Shown: piece by piece, positions 40,640 through 53,855 of the stretch | Position numbering within the stretch: position 1 is the first letter of the stretch | Layout of the letters: every line of letters begins with the position of its first letter | Made by a program: the position numbers and the translations under genes | Notes under the pieces: generated by a model | The model's input: only the letters and a program-made list of their open reading frames with translations | What the model was told of the DNA's origin: nothing | Database searches by the model: none | Assembly (NCBI GenBank): GCA_951406725.2 | Contig: OX597829.1 | Span: 2,480,001 to 2,544,000, forward strand | DNA: 64,000 bases | Origin: Octopus vulgaris | Taxonomy: Eukaryota | Reading direction: 5' to 3'

Positions 40640-42310
40640 TGTTTTAATTTTTTCCGGGTTTATAAGATTATGCTCAAGGTGACTTCGTCATTCATACGTG
40701 CCATCCTTGCTACATTCACCCATCTTTATTTGAAAGATTCGCTAGACAAAACTTGCCTCTCTACTCTCACTTTCCTTTTCAAGTGATACTTGAAGAAGTT
40801 GATGAGAGATTGACCAGAGAGGAAAGTGTTTGTCTCTAATCCTTTCAGGCGCGTACACCAGATACATTCTTTCCCCATAGCCACAAGGATGATAAAAATA
40901 GCTCTTCCTTCCCATTTGAAGGAAGGAGGCGTGACAATATTGACGATAGACTCGGCTGATAGACCGACTCGTCCCACACGTGACAGCAGTCGTTCGACAT
41001 AACCCACAGTGCGTGCAGAGCGGTTTCGTTGCTCTGACCGCATCTCGGGCAGGTCGGCTCCGTGTTTCTGGAGCCGTGTCTACCGAACGGGTAGTGCTTC
41101 TCGGTAGCACTGCCAGGCCAGGGATCTCTGGAAGTTGTCCATGGGCCCTGGCCCAAAAGTCGTCCTGAACAAGCGGGTCAGGTATTCCTCGTCGACGTCC
41201 AGGTTCGCCCTGAGCTCCCCTCCACTAATCCCCTATAGAATGCTTTGGTTGTATTGAAGTCATTCAAGATCGACCCGGGACGGCATAATTACTTGAGAGC
41301 AACGCGACACTGGCGGTGCCCTTCGCCCTTCCTCGGCCTCTTTTTGATCCACGACTGCAGTTCGGTCATGGAGACGAGTTGCGGGAAAGCGTGCCTCACA
41401 AACGGTGACCATACCTGTTCACCGTCGTCTATGTAGAGCCTGAGATGTCGCAGTCTCAGCGCGTGTCTGCGCATCATCAACTACGGCATGCCCAGTCCTC
41501 CTTTTAACGGGTGTTGACAGCAAATGGATCGCCTGATCATCGGGACGCATCCTTTCCACAAGAAGGGAAAGAGAATGCATTCTAGTTTGGTGATGGTAGG
41601 GTCGGGACAAGGCACGACGGTCAGGCGGTAGTAGATGACGGATGCGATTTACGTATATTCTCCACCTCCACCCGACCTTTTAGGGACAGTTTCCTCTCGG
41701 CTCATTGCCGGGCGAGAGTGACCACCCTACTCGTTATCTCGTTCCAGAGTTTTTCTCCATTTGGAGGTCCGGACCAAACCAGACCCAGAGCAACTCGACC
41801 GGACCGTCGGTCCGGCGTCCCACGACGGAAACGCTGGTGGACGGCATGGGCTTGCTTCTCCAGGTGCCGAGCCGCAAGCCCACTGACTTTTCCCGGTTGA
41901 TTTTCGCACTTGTCACCGCTTCGTAGTCTTTCAGTGTCTCGCCGACCTGCTCGATGTGCTCGTGGCTAGACACTATGACGGTGACGTCGTCCGCGTATGC
42001 AGACACGCTCGTCCCGCATCCCAATTCTCGCGGGATGCCCCTCAGAGTTGCCAGCTTCCGCAATAATGGCTCGAGAGTCAATACGTAGAGAAGCGAACGT
42101 GCAATACGTTCGTGCAATGTCGAAAGGTCTCGATAGATGTCCATTTACGCGAATTACTGAACGGGTACCTCTGTACAAAGCGGCTATCCAGCCGCGAAAG
42201 ACGGGAACGAAACCAGCCGCTCCGAGGACAGCCTCCAAGTATCGATGGTCTACCCTATCGAAAGCTTTCGATTGATCCAAATTGATCAGGGCCCCGCCCA
42301 TACCAGGTTC
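40640..42310 (-). pseudogene. Tx1/L1-clade LINE ORF2 (RT) fragment
   Basis: LINLDQSKAFDRVDH, LEPLLRKL, YADDVTV, AKINREKS and C-terminal CPRCG..ETALHAL. Confidence 0.9.
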
Positions 42311-42521
42311 CTTAGATAGCTAGCTAGCTAGCTAGATAGATAGATATATAGATAGATAGATGGATAGAGAAAGAGAGAGACACACAATCACATACCCAAG
42401 CATACCCATGCATATTCTGCTAGCTACCCTATCGTTCACTTTCCCACTCATAACTATCGTCACCGCTTTAACCCTTAGTCACCAGTTTTCATTCTCTACC
42501 ACTACCAACACTTGCACCACC

Positions 42522-42564
<43 letters not shown>

Positions 42565-42980
42565 TTTCCACCGTCGTCAACGTGGTCTTCTCCTCCGCCT
42601 TCTCCTTCTCTACACATCCTCGTTCTTCTCTTCGCTTCTCGTCCCCAACCCCCCCTCACCCACGACCTGCTCATTTGTCTTTAGGGGAAATAGCTGTGGC
42701 TGCAAAATCTGCTGAAATTTCTCCCGAGAGTCGAAGAAGCTGAGGAGAAAGAGAGAAAGTGAGAGAGAGAGAGAGAGAGAGAAATGGTAAGAGGAGATGC
42801 AAGAGCAAGGAGGCGGGAGTAATCTAGAAGTAAGAAGAGGTTCTTTTTCCTTTTCCTTTTCCTTTTCTTTTTCTCTTCTTTTCTTTTCTGAAAAGATTTG
42901 TTTGTAGACGTGGGAATTTATTTGAGAACAGGAAGGAAGTTTAAAGAGGGTGTAAATTTGGAAGAAGAAGAAGAAGAAGA

Positions 42981-43015
<35 letters not shown>

Positions 43016-43424
43016 GAGTGAGGTGGTGTAGAGAGCTTTGCACAATAATAATAACAGTTGGAAAGAGAAGGAAGGAATAGAGGCGAGCTATGCCTGCTAG
43101 TGCCATTGTTCTGAGATTCTATACAGAACCGAATCTAGTTGTGCAGTTGTTTATACGGAAACCTGTGTTGGGTTTCAAGAACCAGTATATTTCTTTTTCA
43201 AAAATTCCGTCTGCATATATAGATGCATTAATGCACATACAAATATGTATGTGTGTGTGTGTGAGTGTGTGCGTACGTGCGCATGTGTGTGTGTGTGTGT
43301 GTGTGTGTACGTATATGTATGTATGTATATATATATATATATATATACGAGCAATATGTATGTATATATATATATATATATATACATACATATTGCTCGT
43401 ATATACATATATACATGCATATAC

Positions 43425-43548
<124 letters not shown>

Positions 43549-43584
43549 GTATATGCATGTATATATGTATATACGAGCAATATG

Positions 43585-43670
<86 letters not shown>

Positions 43671-43689
43671 CGTACATATACATACATAC

Positions 43690-43722
<33 letters not shown>

Positions 43723-43749
43723 CATATGCACGATATATACATATATATA

Positions 43750-44118
43750 TATTCTTTTATTCTCTCATTCTTTTACTTGTTTCAGTCATTTGACTGCGGC
43801 CATACTAGAGTACCACTGGAGTACCACTGTATGCCTAGTACTTATTCTATCGGTCTCTTTTGCCGAACCACTATGTTACGGGGACGTAAACACACCAACA
43901 TAGGTTCTCAGGTGATGGGGGGGGCGCAAGCACACACACACACATATATACAACGGGCTTCTTTCAGTTTTCGTCTACCTAATCTAAATCCACTCACAAG
44001 GCTTTGGTTGGTTCGAGGCTATAGTAGAAGACACTTCCCAAGGTGCCACGTAGTGGGACTGAACCCGGATCCATGTAGTTGGGAAGCAAGCGTCTTACCA
44101 CACAGCCACTCCTGCGAC
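43750..44118 (-). mobile_element. tRNA-derived SINE
   Basis: Homologous to 28630-29065. Confidence 0.75.
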
Positions 44119-44200
<82 letters not shown>

Positions 44201-44301
44201 TAATAATAATTAGCAACTAAAGAATGAGACCTCGATATTTGATAAATAGAGGATTATTTATATATGTTATAATTTAGAACAAACAGTAAAAGTTTGTCAT
44301 T

Positions 44302-44360
44302 ATAATACTCAGAGTTTCAAATGTCGGAGCGAATAGCTACGATACATTCTCGTCGGCTAT
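44302..44360 (-). ncRNA. Hammerhead motif, U4C core
   Basis: Minus: atag-CCGACGA-gaatgt...acattt-GAAA-ctctgag-TA-ttat. Confidence 0.6.
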
Positions 44361-44695
44361 TAATGGCAACAGACGCTATGAGAAACCTTTGAATATAAGG
44401 GAAGTTACAGTAATAGGTAGAAAAAAGAAAAAAGAAAAATATCAGCAACCTTATTCACACAAACATTTATACGTACATGCACATACACACAAACTAAACA
44501 TATGTGTATATACGTACTCATACATACACACATATCCACACGCACACATATATATGCATATATATACGCAACCTCATCCTCATATACACAGGTGTTTACA
44601 TGCGTACGCGTAGCATAATACATATATATCTAGACATTTATTCGTAAAAATATACGTATATATATAAATAATACATACATACATACATACATACA

Positions 44696-44756
<61 letters not shown>

Positions 44757-44762
<6 letters not shown>

Positions 44763-45895
44763 TTCCCCCTCGTTATCGAGTATGGCCATTGCACGAAGCT
44801 TAACTGTTACTGGTGCTGAGATCGAATGTGACTTTTTAGCCCAGCCAAAGATCTACAATGTCTTGTACAGAATTGGCAACTAAAACCTTTACCGGTAATA
44901 GCCGGCTGTAGTTGTAACTGGGCTTCATGTACCTTTGTATGTCGTTTAAGTCCTCCTGCCGAATTACACTCTCTTCCACATGCCCGACAGATATGATTAG
45001 TATGGTGTGTTACACCACCACCAGTGGCCAGGTTATCTCTCATCTGTCTCGTTTTATGACTACGAAGATGACTCATGAGTCCAGCTTTACTGAGGCAGGG
45101 TCTTGCACAGATATTGCATGTCAAAATCAAAGGAAGCCCCTTCCCATCTGGAAGTGTAACAGCGATGCCCTTCCTGACATCCCTCCTTACGTGCAACTCC
45201 TTACGTGCAACTCATGTGCAACTCGAGATTTCTCAAACGTGGCTGTCCCCTCATGCACAATCCTTCTCCACCTGCTACGATCAATAGCTATTCCTTCCCA
45301 TATGTCAGGAGAGATGCAAGCATCTCTTAAGGAAGCCTTCAGCAAGTCCTTATACCTCTTTTTTGGTTTATGTGGAGGTCGTTCTCCTTTAGCTAACTCT
45401 CCATAAAAGAGATGACCAGATGACCACTCCATTTGAGCCTTTGCTTTAACACAAGAGCTTCTATACTTTCACACCGAGAGCCTTCGAGTATTTCAAGATC
45501 ACTGATGCGGTCCTTCCACTTAATGCCATAGATCCGTCTGAGGCACATCTGATGGAAACGTTCCAGTTGTTTAAGGTGGTATCGATATGTGACCCACGTC
45601 TAGCAGGCATAGAAAAGAGAAGGGAGCACACATGCATTGTACACCTTTATCTTTGTCTTTCTGCATATGTCTCGCCGATTCTAGAGGCGCTTTTCTAGCC
45701 TTCCGAAAGAAACACTTGCTTTCCTAATTCTATATGGAATTTCATCATCCACATTGTCATATCTATTAATAGTGCTTCCCAGGTAGACAAACTGATCGAC
45801 TACATCAAGTCGTTTACCATTCACATAGATATTTGGTACACTATACTGCTTACCAGGGGCAGGTTGATGCATGACAACAGTTTTCTTGAGATTGA
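44757..45895 (-). pseudogene. RTE LINE 3' portion with three C-terminal C2H2 zinc fingers
   Basis: VNLKKTVVM, FVYLGS, LFYGELAKG.RP, DRSRWR; CxxC..HxxxH-type motif x3 in ORF 44807-45196. Confidence 0.9.
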
Positions 45896-45990
45896 CTGGA
45901 TATTGGAACAGTACCTTTAATGATTCTACAAAAAAGAAATATATATATATATTTTTTTTGTTGGCACAACAGTATATATATATATATACA

Positions 45991-46042
<52 letters not shown>

Positions 46043-46459
46043 AATTGAGATATGGGTTGTAAATGCAACCCTCTATGGGATAACGCATATCCAATATACT
46101 GCTAGTGAAGTACCCAACAAAGTTAATACATAAATGTTAATGATTGCGATACAATCAATTCATTTACTGTATTATATGGGCAAAGGTAAAATGATTTATC
46201 ACAAATTACTAATACAAGATAAGAAAATGGAGAAATACATCTAAATCAAATATCAATTACCAGATAATACTCAATCACATACTTTATTAAACCACCACAT
46301 AAGAGACTGTAGGGTTAAATATAAAAAGCAGAACAAATCAGTGTACATAAAGGAATGTACATAAAAAAGTGTACATAAAAGAGTAATGTTGTATAATAAG
46401 TAGAATATATATAAAAGAGAATATAAATACAAGTAAATATAAATATAAGTATAAATTAG

Positions 46460-46581
46460 ATCTTACAGCTGTTTCGGCCATGTCGATAATTATGTCTCAT
46501 TTTACCAATATTAGCCCTTTATGGTTGGTCATAGATATAAATGAGACATTAACAAAAATATCACAAGGCCTCTTCGGAGAT
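46460..46581 (-). ncRNA. Hammerhead motif, U4C core, long stem II insertion
   Basis: Minus: atct-CCGAAGA-ggcc...ggcc-GAAA-cagctg-TA-agat. Confidence 0.7.
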
Positions 46582-46599
46582 TATGTAATATTCTTATCT

Positions 46600-46634
<35 letters not shown>

Positions 46635-46639
<5 letters not shown>

Positions 46640-46893
46640 CACATGACCGTTCGCATTGTTTTAGCCTTCGGATGACACCACCCCGCTGGCTAAGCGAGCA
46701 GGCCCAACAGAAGAAAGAGTGGGAGAAAGAGTGGTGAAAGAGTACAGCAGGGATCACCACCCCCTGCCGGAGCCTCGTGGAGCTTTTAGGTGTTTTCGCT
46801 CAATAAACACTCACAACGCCCAGTCTGGGAATCGAAACCGCGATCCTACAACCGCGAGTCCGCTGCCCTAACCACTGGGCCATTGCGCCTCCA
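46635..46893 (-). mobile_element. tRNA-derived SINE, full length
   Basis: Minus head gtggaggcgcaatggcccagtggttagggcagcgg; partial copies at 51625-51780 and 34790-34905. Confidence 0.85.
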
Positions 46894-46894
46894 C

Positions 46895-46973
<79 letters not shown>

Positions 46974-47136
46974 CACATATATATATATATGTATATATAC
47001 ATACATATATATGTATATACATACAAACATATATATATATATACACACACACACACATATATATATATGTGTGTGTGTGTGTATGCGGGAGTGTGAATGT
47101 ATGCGAGTGTGTGTGAGTGTGTGTGTATATATATAT

Positions 47137-47178
<42 letters not shown>

Positions 47179-47561
47179 TGAGAGAAAGAGAGAAATAAAG
47201 AGAGATAGAGATGTATATTTATACGAATAAATGTCTAAATACATATGTATTATGTTACGTGTTATGCATGTAAACACCTGTGTGTATATGAGGATGAGGT
47301 TGCGTACACATATGCATATATATGTATGTGTGGATATGTGTTTACGTATTAGTGCGTAAATACACATATATGTTTGTGTGTGTGTATGTACATGTACGCA
47401 TACATGTTTGTGTGAGTGTGTACGTATGTAGACGTTGTGAACGCAGTAGGTTTATGTCTATGTATTATGAGGATATGGTTGCATTTAGTTTCTTCTTTTT
47501 TCTTGTTCTACGCATTAGAGTAACTTCCCTTCTATTCAACAGTTAATGAATAGCGTCTGTA

Positions 47562-47620
47562 ATAGCCGGCGAGTATGTGTCGTGGCTCTTCGCCCCGACA
47601 TTCGAAACTCCGAGTACTGT
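47562..47620 (+). ncRNA. Degenerate hammerhead motif (CCGGCGA), paralog of 44302-44360
   Basis: atag-CCGGCGA-g...acattc-GAAA-ctccgag-TA-ctgt. Confidence 0.45.
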
Positions 47621-47691
47621 AATGACAACCTTTTACTGTTTGTTCTAAATTATAACATATATACATTTAATATAAATGATATATATATATG

Positions 47692-47773
<82 letters not shown>

Positions 47774-48000
47774 CATACATATATACATATATATATACAT
47801 ACATACATACATACATACATATTCATATATATATATATATATGCATATGTGGGTACAGGACATCACAAACAGTAAACAACATGAAATACGAAAACAAAAC
47901 AGTTGAATACACAAACAATGAGAGAAACAAATAGAAAACAGGACAAATAACATAAAGAACGACCGTTCATCAGTTGTCGGCTACCTATCTACTCATTATT

Positions 48001-48046
<46 letters not shown>

Positions 48047-48047
<1 letters not shown>

Positions 48048-48431
48048 TAGCAGTATCGCCCGGCGTTGCTCGGGTTTGTAAGGGAAATAACTATATAAGC
48101 ATTTTTAGAGATGTAAAGTATAATAGCCATCTCAATATGGCTAACTACAAAGGGGGGTGTTACTGTAGCTTTTTACGTTCTGAGATTTTTAGAGAGTTAC
48201 TTCCCTTATATAATAGCAAAAAAATGCACTAAAAATGGGAAAAAATTATGGTAATTTTTTTTTAAATCGTAGACTCATCGTAGACGCGCGCTAATACGCA
48301 GAAGGGCTCGATATGAATCACGACTACTATAAGATACCCGCTCTTGGTTACACTGCACCGCAAAATGTGGTAGTAGTTAGGAATCTAAATCGTAGGAGAC
48401 AGACACACAGCTTCACTTTTATATATAAAGA
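48047..48431 (-). mobile_element. Complete non-autonomous Helitron
   Basis: Minus: 5' TC(tttatatataaaag), 3' hairpin cccgagcaacgccggg, then CTAG; inserted between A and T in (TA)n. Confidence 0.85.
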
Positions 48432-48688
48432 TATATATATATATATAACGCGGAGTAGATGAAACAGGGACAACTAAAGAAGGGGAATATTCCTTGTCTT
48501 GTACTCTGTTTTTTTCGTTGTTTGAAAAAGTTCGTTTCTATGTTTTTGTTTTTATTTTCGTTTCTCATTGTGTTCCACGTTTTTTTTGATGTCCTGTACC
48601 CATATATGCATGTATATATACATATATATGTAGGTATGTACATATATGTGTGTATATATGCATATATTTATATATTATTTATATTATA

Positions 48689-48769
<81 letters not shown>

Positions 48770-48803
48770 GTATGTATGTATATGTATATGTATATATATA
48801 TAT

Positions 48804-48835
<32 letters not shown>

Positions 48836-48920
48836 GTAGGTCCCGGGTTGAGTCGGGGTTAACCGCAATAAATAAGGTACTCAATACATAGCAGAGTAAA
48901 TTAATTTATTTTATAGAAGG

Positions 48921-48971
48921 AGCTTCTACAGGACTTGAACTGTTTCATTCAAAAGAAATCATCAGGAAGCT
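48921..48971 (-). ncRNA. Type I hammerhead ribozyme
   Basis: Minus: agcttc-CTGATGA-tttc(tttt)gaat-GAAA-cag..ctg-TA-gaagct. Confidence 0.75.
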
Positions 48972-49155
48972 AGGTGACAAGAATAGTTTTGGCATTTATA
49001 CATTTAGGCAGATTTAGAGGGGTGGTGGTGGGGGACTTTTTGGGGTAGGCATGGCGCAAACTATCTTTCTTAGGGGAGTGGTCAAAGAAATCAGTGGTAA
49101 AGTAGATAAAAGAATAAATAGAATAATAGAGTTTTAGGTAAATAAGAAGACTATC

Positions 49156-49218
<63 letters not shown>

Positions 49219-49369
49219 CACATACATACATATATACATACATATATATACACATATATATATATATATACATACACATACACACATACATCCATATGCA
49301 CCCATTTACATACATCTACGTACACACCCATACACATACTCATACATACGCACATACATATATCCATAT

Positions 49370-49412
<43 letters not shown>

Positions 49413-49469
49413 AATACACACACACATACATACATGCCAATATGCAAGCAAGCAATTGGCATGTATGTA

Positions 49470-49512
<43 letters not shown>

Positions 49513-49570
49513 AAAAAATGAAGTTCGAAAATGCTGCTATATTATACAATTTTTAATTTTTATATATACA

Positions 49571-49612
49571 TTATAACATGTTTCAGTTCCTGAAATGAAC
49601 CTTATCAAAAAA
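49571..49612 (-). ncRNA. Hammerhead motif, U3-A8 core
   Basis: Minus: TTGATAA-ggttc(atttcag)gaact-GAAA-catg-TT; weak stem I. Confidence 0.55.
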
Positions 49613-50495
49613 AGTTATATATAAAAAAAGATAGTTCATGCTATCAATCACAAGAAATTCATTTATAATACACAACGGTGTCAGTCATCTTAAAGTTCAT
49701 ATATATATAGTTTGAAGTGAGTTCGTTCATGCTATATGTTTAAAGTGCATGATGCAGCGGTTCACGGTGGCGACATGCATCCAATACAAAAGACAGATCA
49801 AAGCGGCGATATGTAGTCAATACAAAAAACTGATGTTCCTGAAAGAGAGAGGAATTCATTTTTACCTTTATCAACTGTGGTGTTCGCTGGATGATTCTGG
49901 CGAATCTTGTGAATTGTTCAGGTTTTATAACACTGGTCAGTCCAGCGTAACGTGACGTCATCAACGTTTTGACCAATCGTTTCGTTAGGTGGCTTAGTCA
50001 AGCAGAACGGGACGTCATCAACATTCTGACCAATCGTGACCTATCGCTGTATTATAACTGCCTCTTGTCTGTATCCTGTTTTGACTAATCGTTTCGTTAG
50101 GTGGCTTAGTCAAGCAGAACGGGACGTCATCAAAATTCTGACCAATCACGACTTATAGCTGTATTAGATCTGCCCCTTGTCTGTACCTGTTAGGTGACTA
50201 GTCAAGCAGAAAAGAACGTCATCAATCTTCTGACTAATCTCTGCCCCTTGTCTGTATCCTGTCCAGTCTAGCAGAATTAGACGTCATCAACGTGTTGACC
50301 AATCAGAATCGGGTCTGACCCTTAGCTGTATCGTATGTGGTCAGTCCATCAGGGTTAGATTTGTACGAAGAGATCTTTTTATAAATTTTTTTCCCCTTTT
50401 TTCCTAAGGCATATTTCCGTCAGTGTGAGTGACTGTTTAAGGTAGCGGCCGTGGTGGAATTTTGCTTCTCCTTTTCGGAGGACCTATCTTTTGTT

Positions 50496-50880
50496 TTAAT
50501 ATTCCTGGCCCAGGGTGTTTAAACTTGGTTTAAATTTTTTTATGAAATGCAGTTCTTTATTTTGGCGTTGCGTGAAGGTTGCGTTGTCACTGAATTTATA
50601 GAGCGGGTTAGTTGTAAATTTCGGATTTACATTTCCAGCACATCTATCTATGTGTCCGCTGACCGGTATTTTCCGGTACACAGGGTTTCTAATTTGTGAT
50701 TTATACACCGCCATCATGTTACGTAAGCTATTTTTTGTATGGCCTATATACTGCCTATTGCAGCCTGCGCATGTTATGACGTAAATTAAGTTTTCTGATG
50801 CGCAGGTGAAGTTTGTTCTAATGGTGAACTGGTGACCTTGTTCCAGTATAAATTCTGATCCTTCTTTCAAGATGTCGCAG
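50496..50880 (-). pseudogene. PLE GIY-YIG endonuclease domain (5'-truncated)
   Basis: [27 protein letters not shown]...VSGH...[14 protein letters not shown]. Confidence 0.9.
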
Positions 50881-51005
50881 ATATATATATATATATATGT
50901 GTGTGTGTATGGATATATGTATGTGCGTATGTATGAGTATGTGTATGGGTGTATACGTAGATGTATGTATATGGGTGCATATGGATGTATGTGTGTATGT
51001 GTATG

Positions 51006-51036
<31 letters not shown>

Positions 51037-51263
51037 GTGTATGTGTGTGTGTACATATATATATATATATATGTATAAGTGATAGTCTTCTTATTTACCT
51101 AAAACTCTATTATTCTATTTATTCTTTTATCTACTTTACCACTGATTTCTTTGACCACTCCCCTAAGAAAGATAGTTTGCGCCATGCCTACCCCAAAAAG
51201 TCCCCCCCACCACCCCTCTAAATCTGCCTAAATGTATAAATGCCAAAACTATTCTTGTCACCT

Positions 51264-51314
51264 AGCTTCCTGATGATTTCTTTTGAATGAAACAGTTCTA
51301 GTCCTGTAGAAGCT
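51264..51314 (+). ncRNA. Type I hammerhead ribozyme (inverted copy of 48921-48971)
   Basis: agcttc-CTGATGA...GAAA-cag..ctg-TA-gaagct. Confidence 0.75.
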
Positions 51315-51329
51315 CCTTCTATAAAATAA

Positions 51330-51366
<37 letters not shown>

Positions 51367-51418
51367 GTATAGGAATGAATGGAGCTGAACGAAGATTTAA
51401 CAAAATTCCGTTATTTTA

Positions 51419-51502
51419 TTTTCGACATATGTTTCGAAGTCTGCAAAGTCCCTAATTCCGAGTGAATAAGGAGTCCATTTTGCAGCTTTCTCTTCAGGAA
51501 AA
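51419..51502 (-). ncRNA. Canonical type I hammerhead with long stem II
   Basis: Minus: ttttc-CTGAAGA-gaaagctgcaaa...tttgcagacttc-GAAA-catatg-TC-gaaaa. Confidence 0.82.
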
Positions 51503-51970
51503 TCCAGGAACTTAATTCTCCAACAAAATGCACAACAAGCTTTTCGACAAACGCTCACGAGGAGCCCATGAAATTAATGATACAAACTGTCTATCTATAT
51601 GCGTTGACGCCAGATTGGATGAAAGCCTTCGAATGACGCCACCCCGCTGGCTAAGCAAGCAGGCCAACAGAAGAAAGAGAGGGAGAAAGAGTGGTGAAAG
51701 AGTACAGCAGGGATCACCCCCCCCCTGCCGGAGCCTCGTGGAGCTTTTAGGTGTTTTCGCTCAATAAACACTCATAACGCATAATATTTTGCCAAATAAC
51801 CACGTACACTGTATATTAGTTTTTCACTCGTTTATTACTGTTCTTATTCTAACTATTGTCCGGAAATCTTTCATCACACATCTGTGACCTCCTCCGTGAC
51901 ACTTTCTGTCTTCGTGTTCGCTCTTGATTTGCTTATTCCATTCTCTAGTATTACTTGATGTCTTTAGGCG

Positions 51971-52005
<35 letters not shown>

Positions 52006-52024
52006 ATACACCCACACCCACACC

Positions 52025-52057
<33 letters not shown>

Positions 52058-52222
52058 GTAGTGGTGGTGGTGGTGGTTGGGAGGGGAAGAGGCGAAGAGA
52101 ATGAAAACTGGTGACTAAGGTTTAAAGCGTGAGACACAACATAGCAGTGACTGTAGTTATGAGTGGGAAAGTGAACGATAGGGTAGCTAGCAGAATATGC
52201 ATGGGTATGCTTGGGTATGTGA

Positions 52223-52266
<44 letters not shown>

Positions 52267-52290
52267 TAGTAGATATTTCTTTAGGTGCGT

Positions 52291-52327
<37 letters not shown>

Positions 52328-52538
52328 CAGGATAGGCCTAAAAGTCATCCGGACAATAAATCAAAATTCCATAAATACTATCTGTAATTCTATATTGACT
52401 CGAATGGAAAAAAATGTGTCGCTGAAGAAGGACTTCAGTTTGAACAATCTTCATGATGTTTCATATTCAGATCGTTTTATGAAATTCATTCAGTCGTTAA
52501 ACTCAGGTGACTTTTGGTCAACCCTGTGTATATCTTTA

Positions 52539-52594
<56 letters not shown>

Positions 52595-53855
52595 AGAGTT
52601 TGTATGTGTATGTGTGTATGTTCCTTATGCATTCCAAAACCGAGTTGAGTTGCTGAATTTGACGTATGGAATAGGCTTTTGTCTACCAACTAAACTATAT
52701 TTTCATTCACATATTTGCATTACAAAACTTTAACATTGGCATTTTTCTTTTATTCACCTGCAGTAAAGGACATTTTATACCACCACCACAACCATAATGA
52801 CGTCACGTTTTCTATATGAGTGTTTTCGCGCGTTCGTTACCTACGTTAGGCCGATGTCTGTGTGTGTGTGTGTGTGTGGCGGTGTATGTGTCTATCAGTA
52901 TACATACATTTTTTATGACGACCGACACACACACAGGGACAGAGATTGTCTTCAGGTGTGCGTTAATGTATGTGTGCGTGTGTGTATGTGTGTGTGTATG
53001 TGTACGTGTATGTGCGTGTGTGTCTGCGTGTGTGTGTGCGTGTGTGTGTGTTAGTTTATGTATGTAAACTCCCGCCCAACAAGGAAACGCGCCGATATTA
53101 AAAGTTTAGTTGTGGCCTGGACTTTAAACGAACAGCATTCACTTTGAATTACTAACAACATGAATATTTGGCTAGTTTAACACTCGCAATATATCTAAAA
53201 AAATGTTATTCTGGTTATTTGGAAACTTGGCGAAGTAGAAAACCTCAAAGGCTCTTTCAATATAATTACAGAAATGTTATTCCACACCTTCTAACCAGTT
53301 TCAAGATAATTTTTAACAGTCCTCCCAAGCTTCTTTATCACTCCGAGTATCAACGTCGCACAACATTTTTACTACATTACTCAGTATTTATTCTGCAGCC
53401 TGTAACGTTACTCAGCTGAAAAATATGTAGTAATGTCAAATTAATTTATATCTTGCTATATACATCCTTCAGCAAATATTTTAAATTAACGTTACAACAA
53501 TAGCATCTTCCTTCTTATACACTTGGTTCAGCGTTCGTTTCAATGTTGCAAAATAGATTATTTTTGTATGAAAAATTGAATTTTCTTGGACTTTCACTTT
53601 TTTCACCGTCGTATTCAATCGTGAATTTTATAACGTTTAGTCCATGTTTCAAATAAATGTTGATTTTCTGTACTTTGTTACATTGGTGACGCATAGGAAC
53701 TTTTGCTAAATTGGTGACTTTCCACTTTTTTATAGCATAACTATGCTACAGAAAGTTTGTTTTGCACCTATATTAACTACATTTAGCAACTTTTGCTAAA
53801 TTGGTGACTTTCCATTTTTTCTATAAAATAACTGTACTACAGAAGGTATTTTTGC

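Larger units (their letters stand above)
48904..51331 (-). mobile_element. Truncated Neptune-type PLE bracketed by inverted arms
   Basis: 48904-49400 is inverted at 50881-51331; a GIY-YIG fragment and long UTR lie between. Confidence 0.8.
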
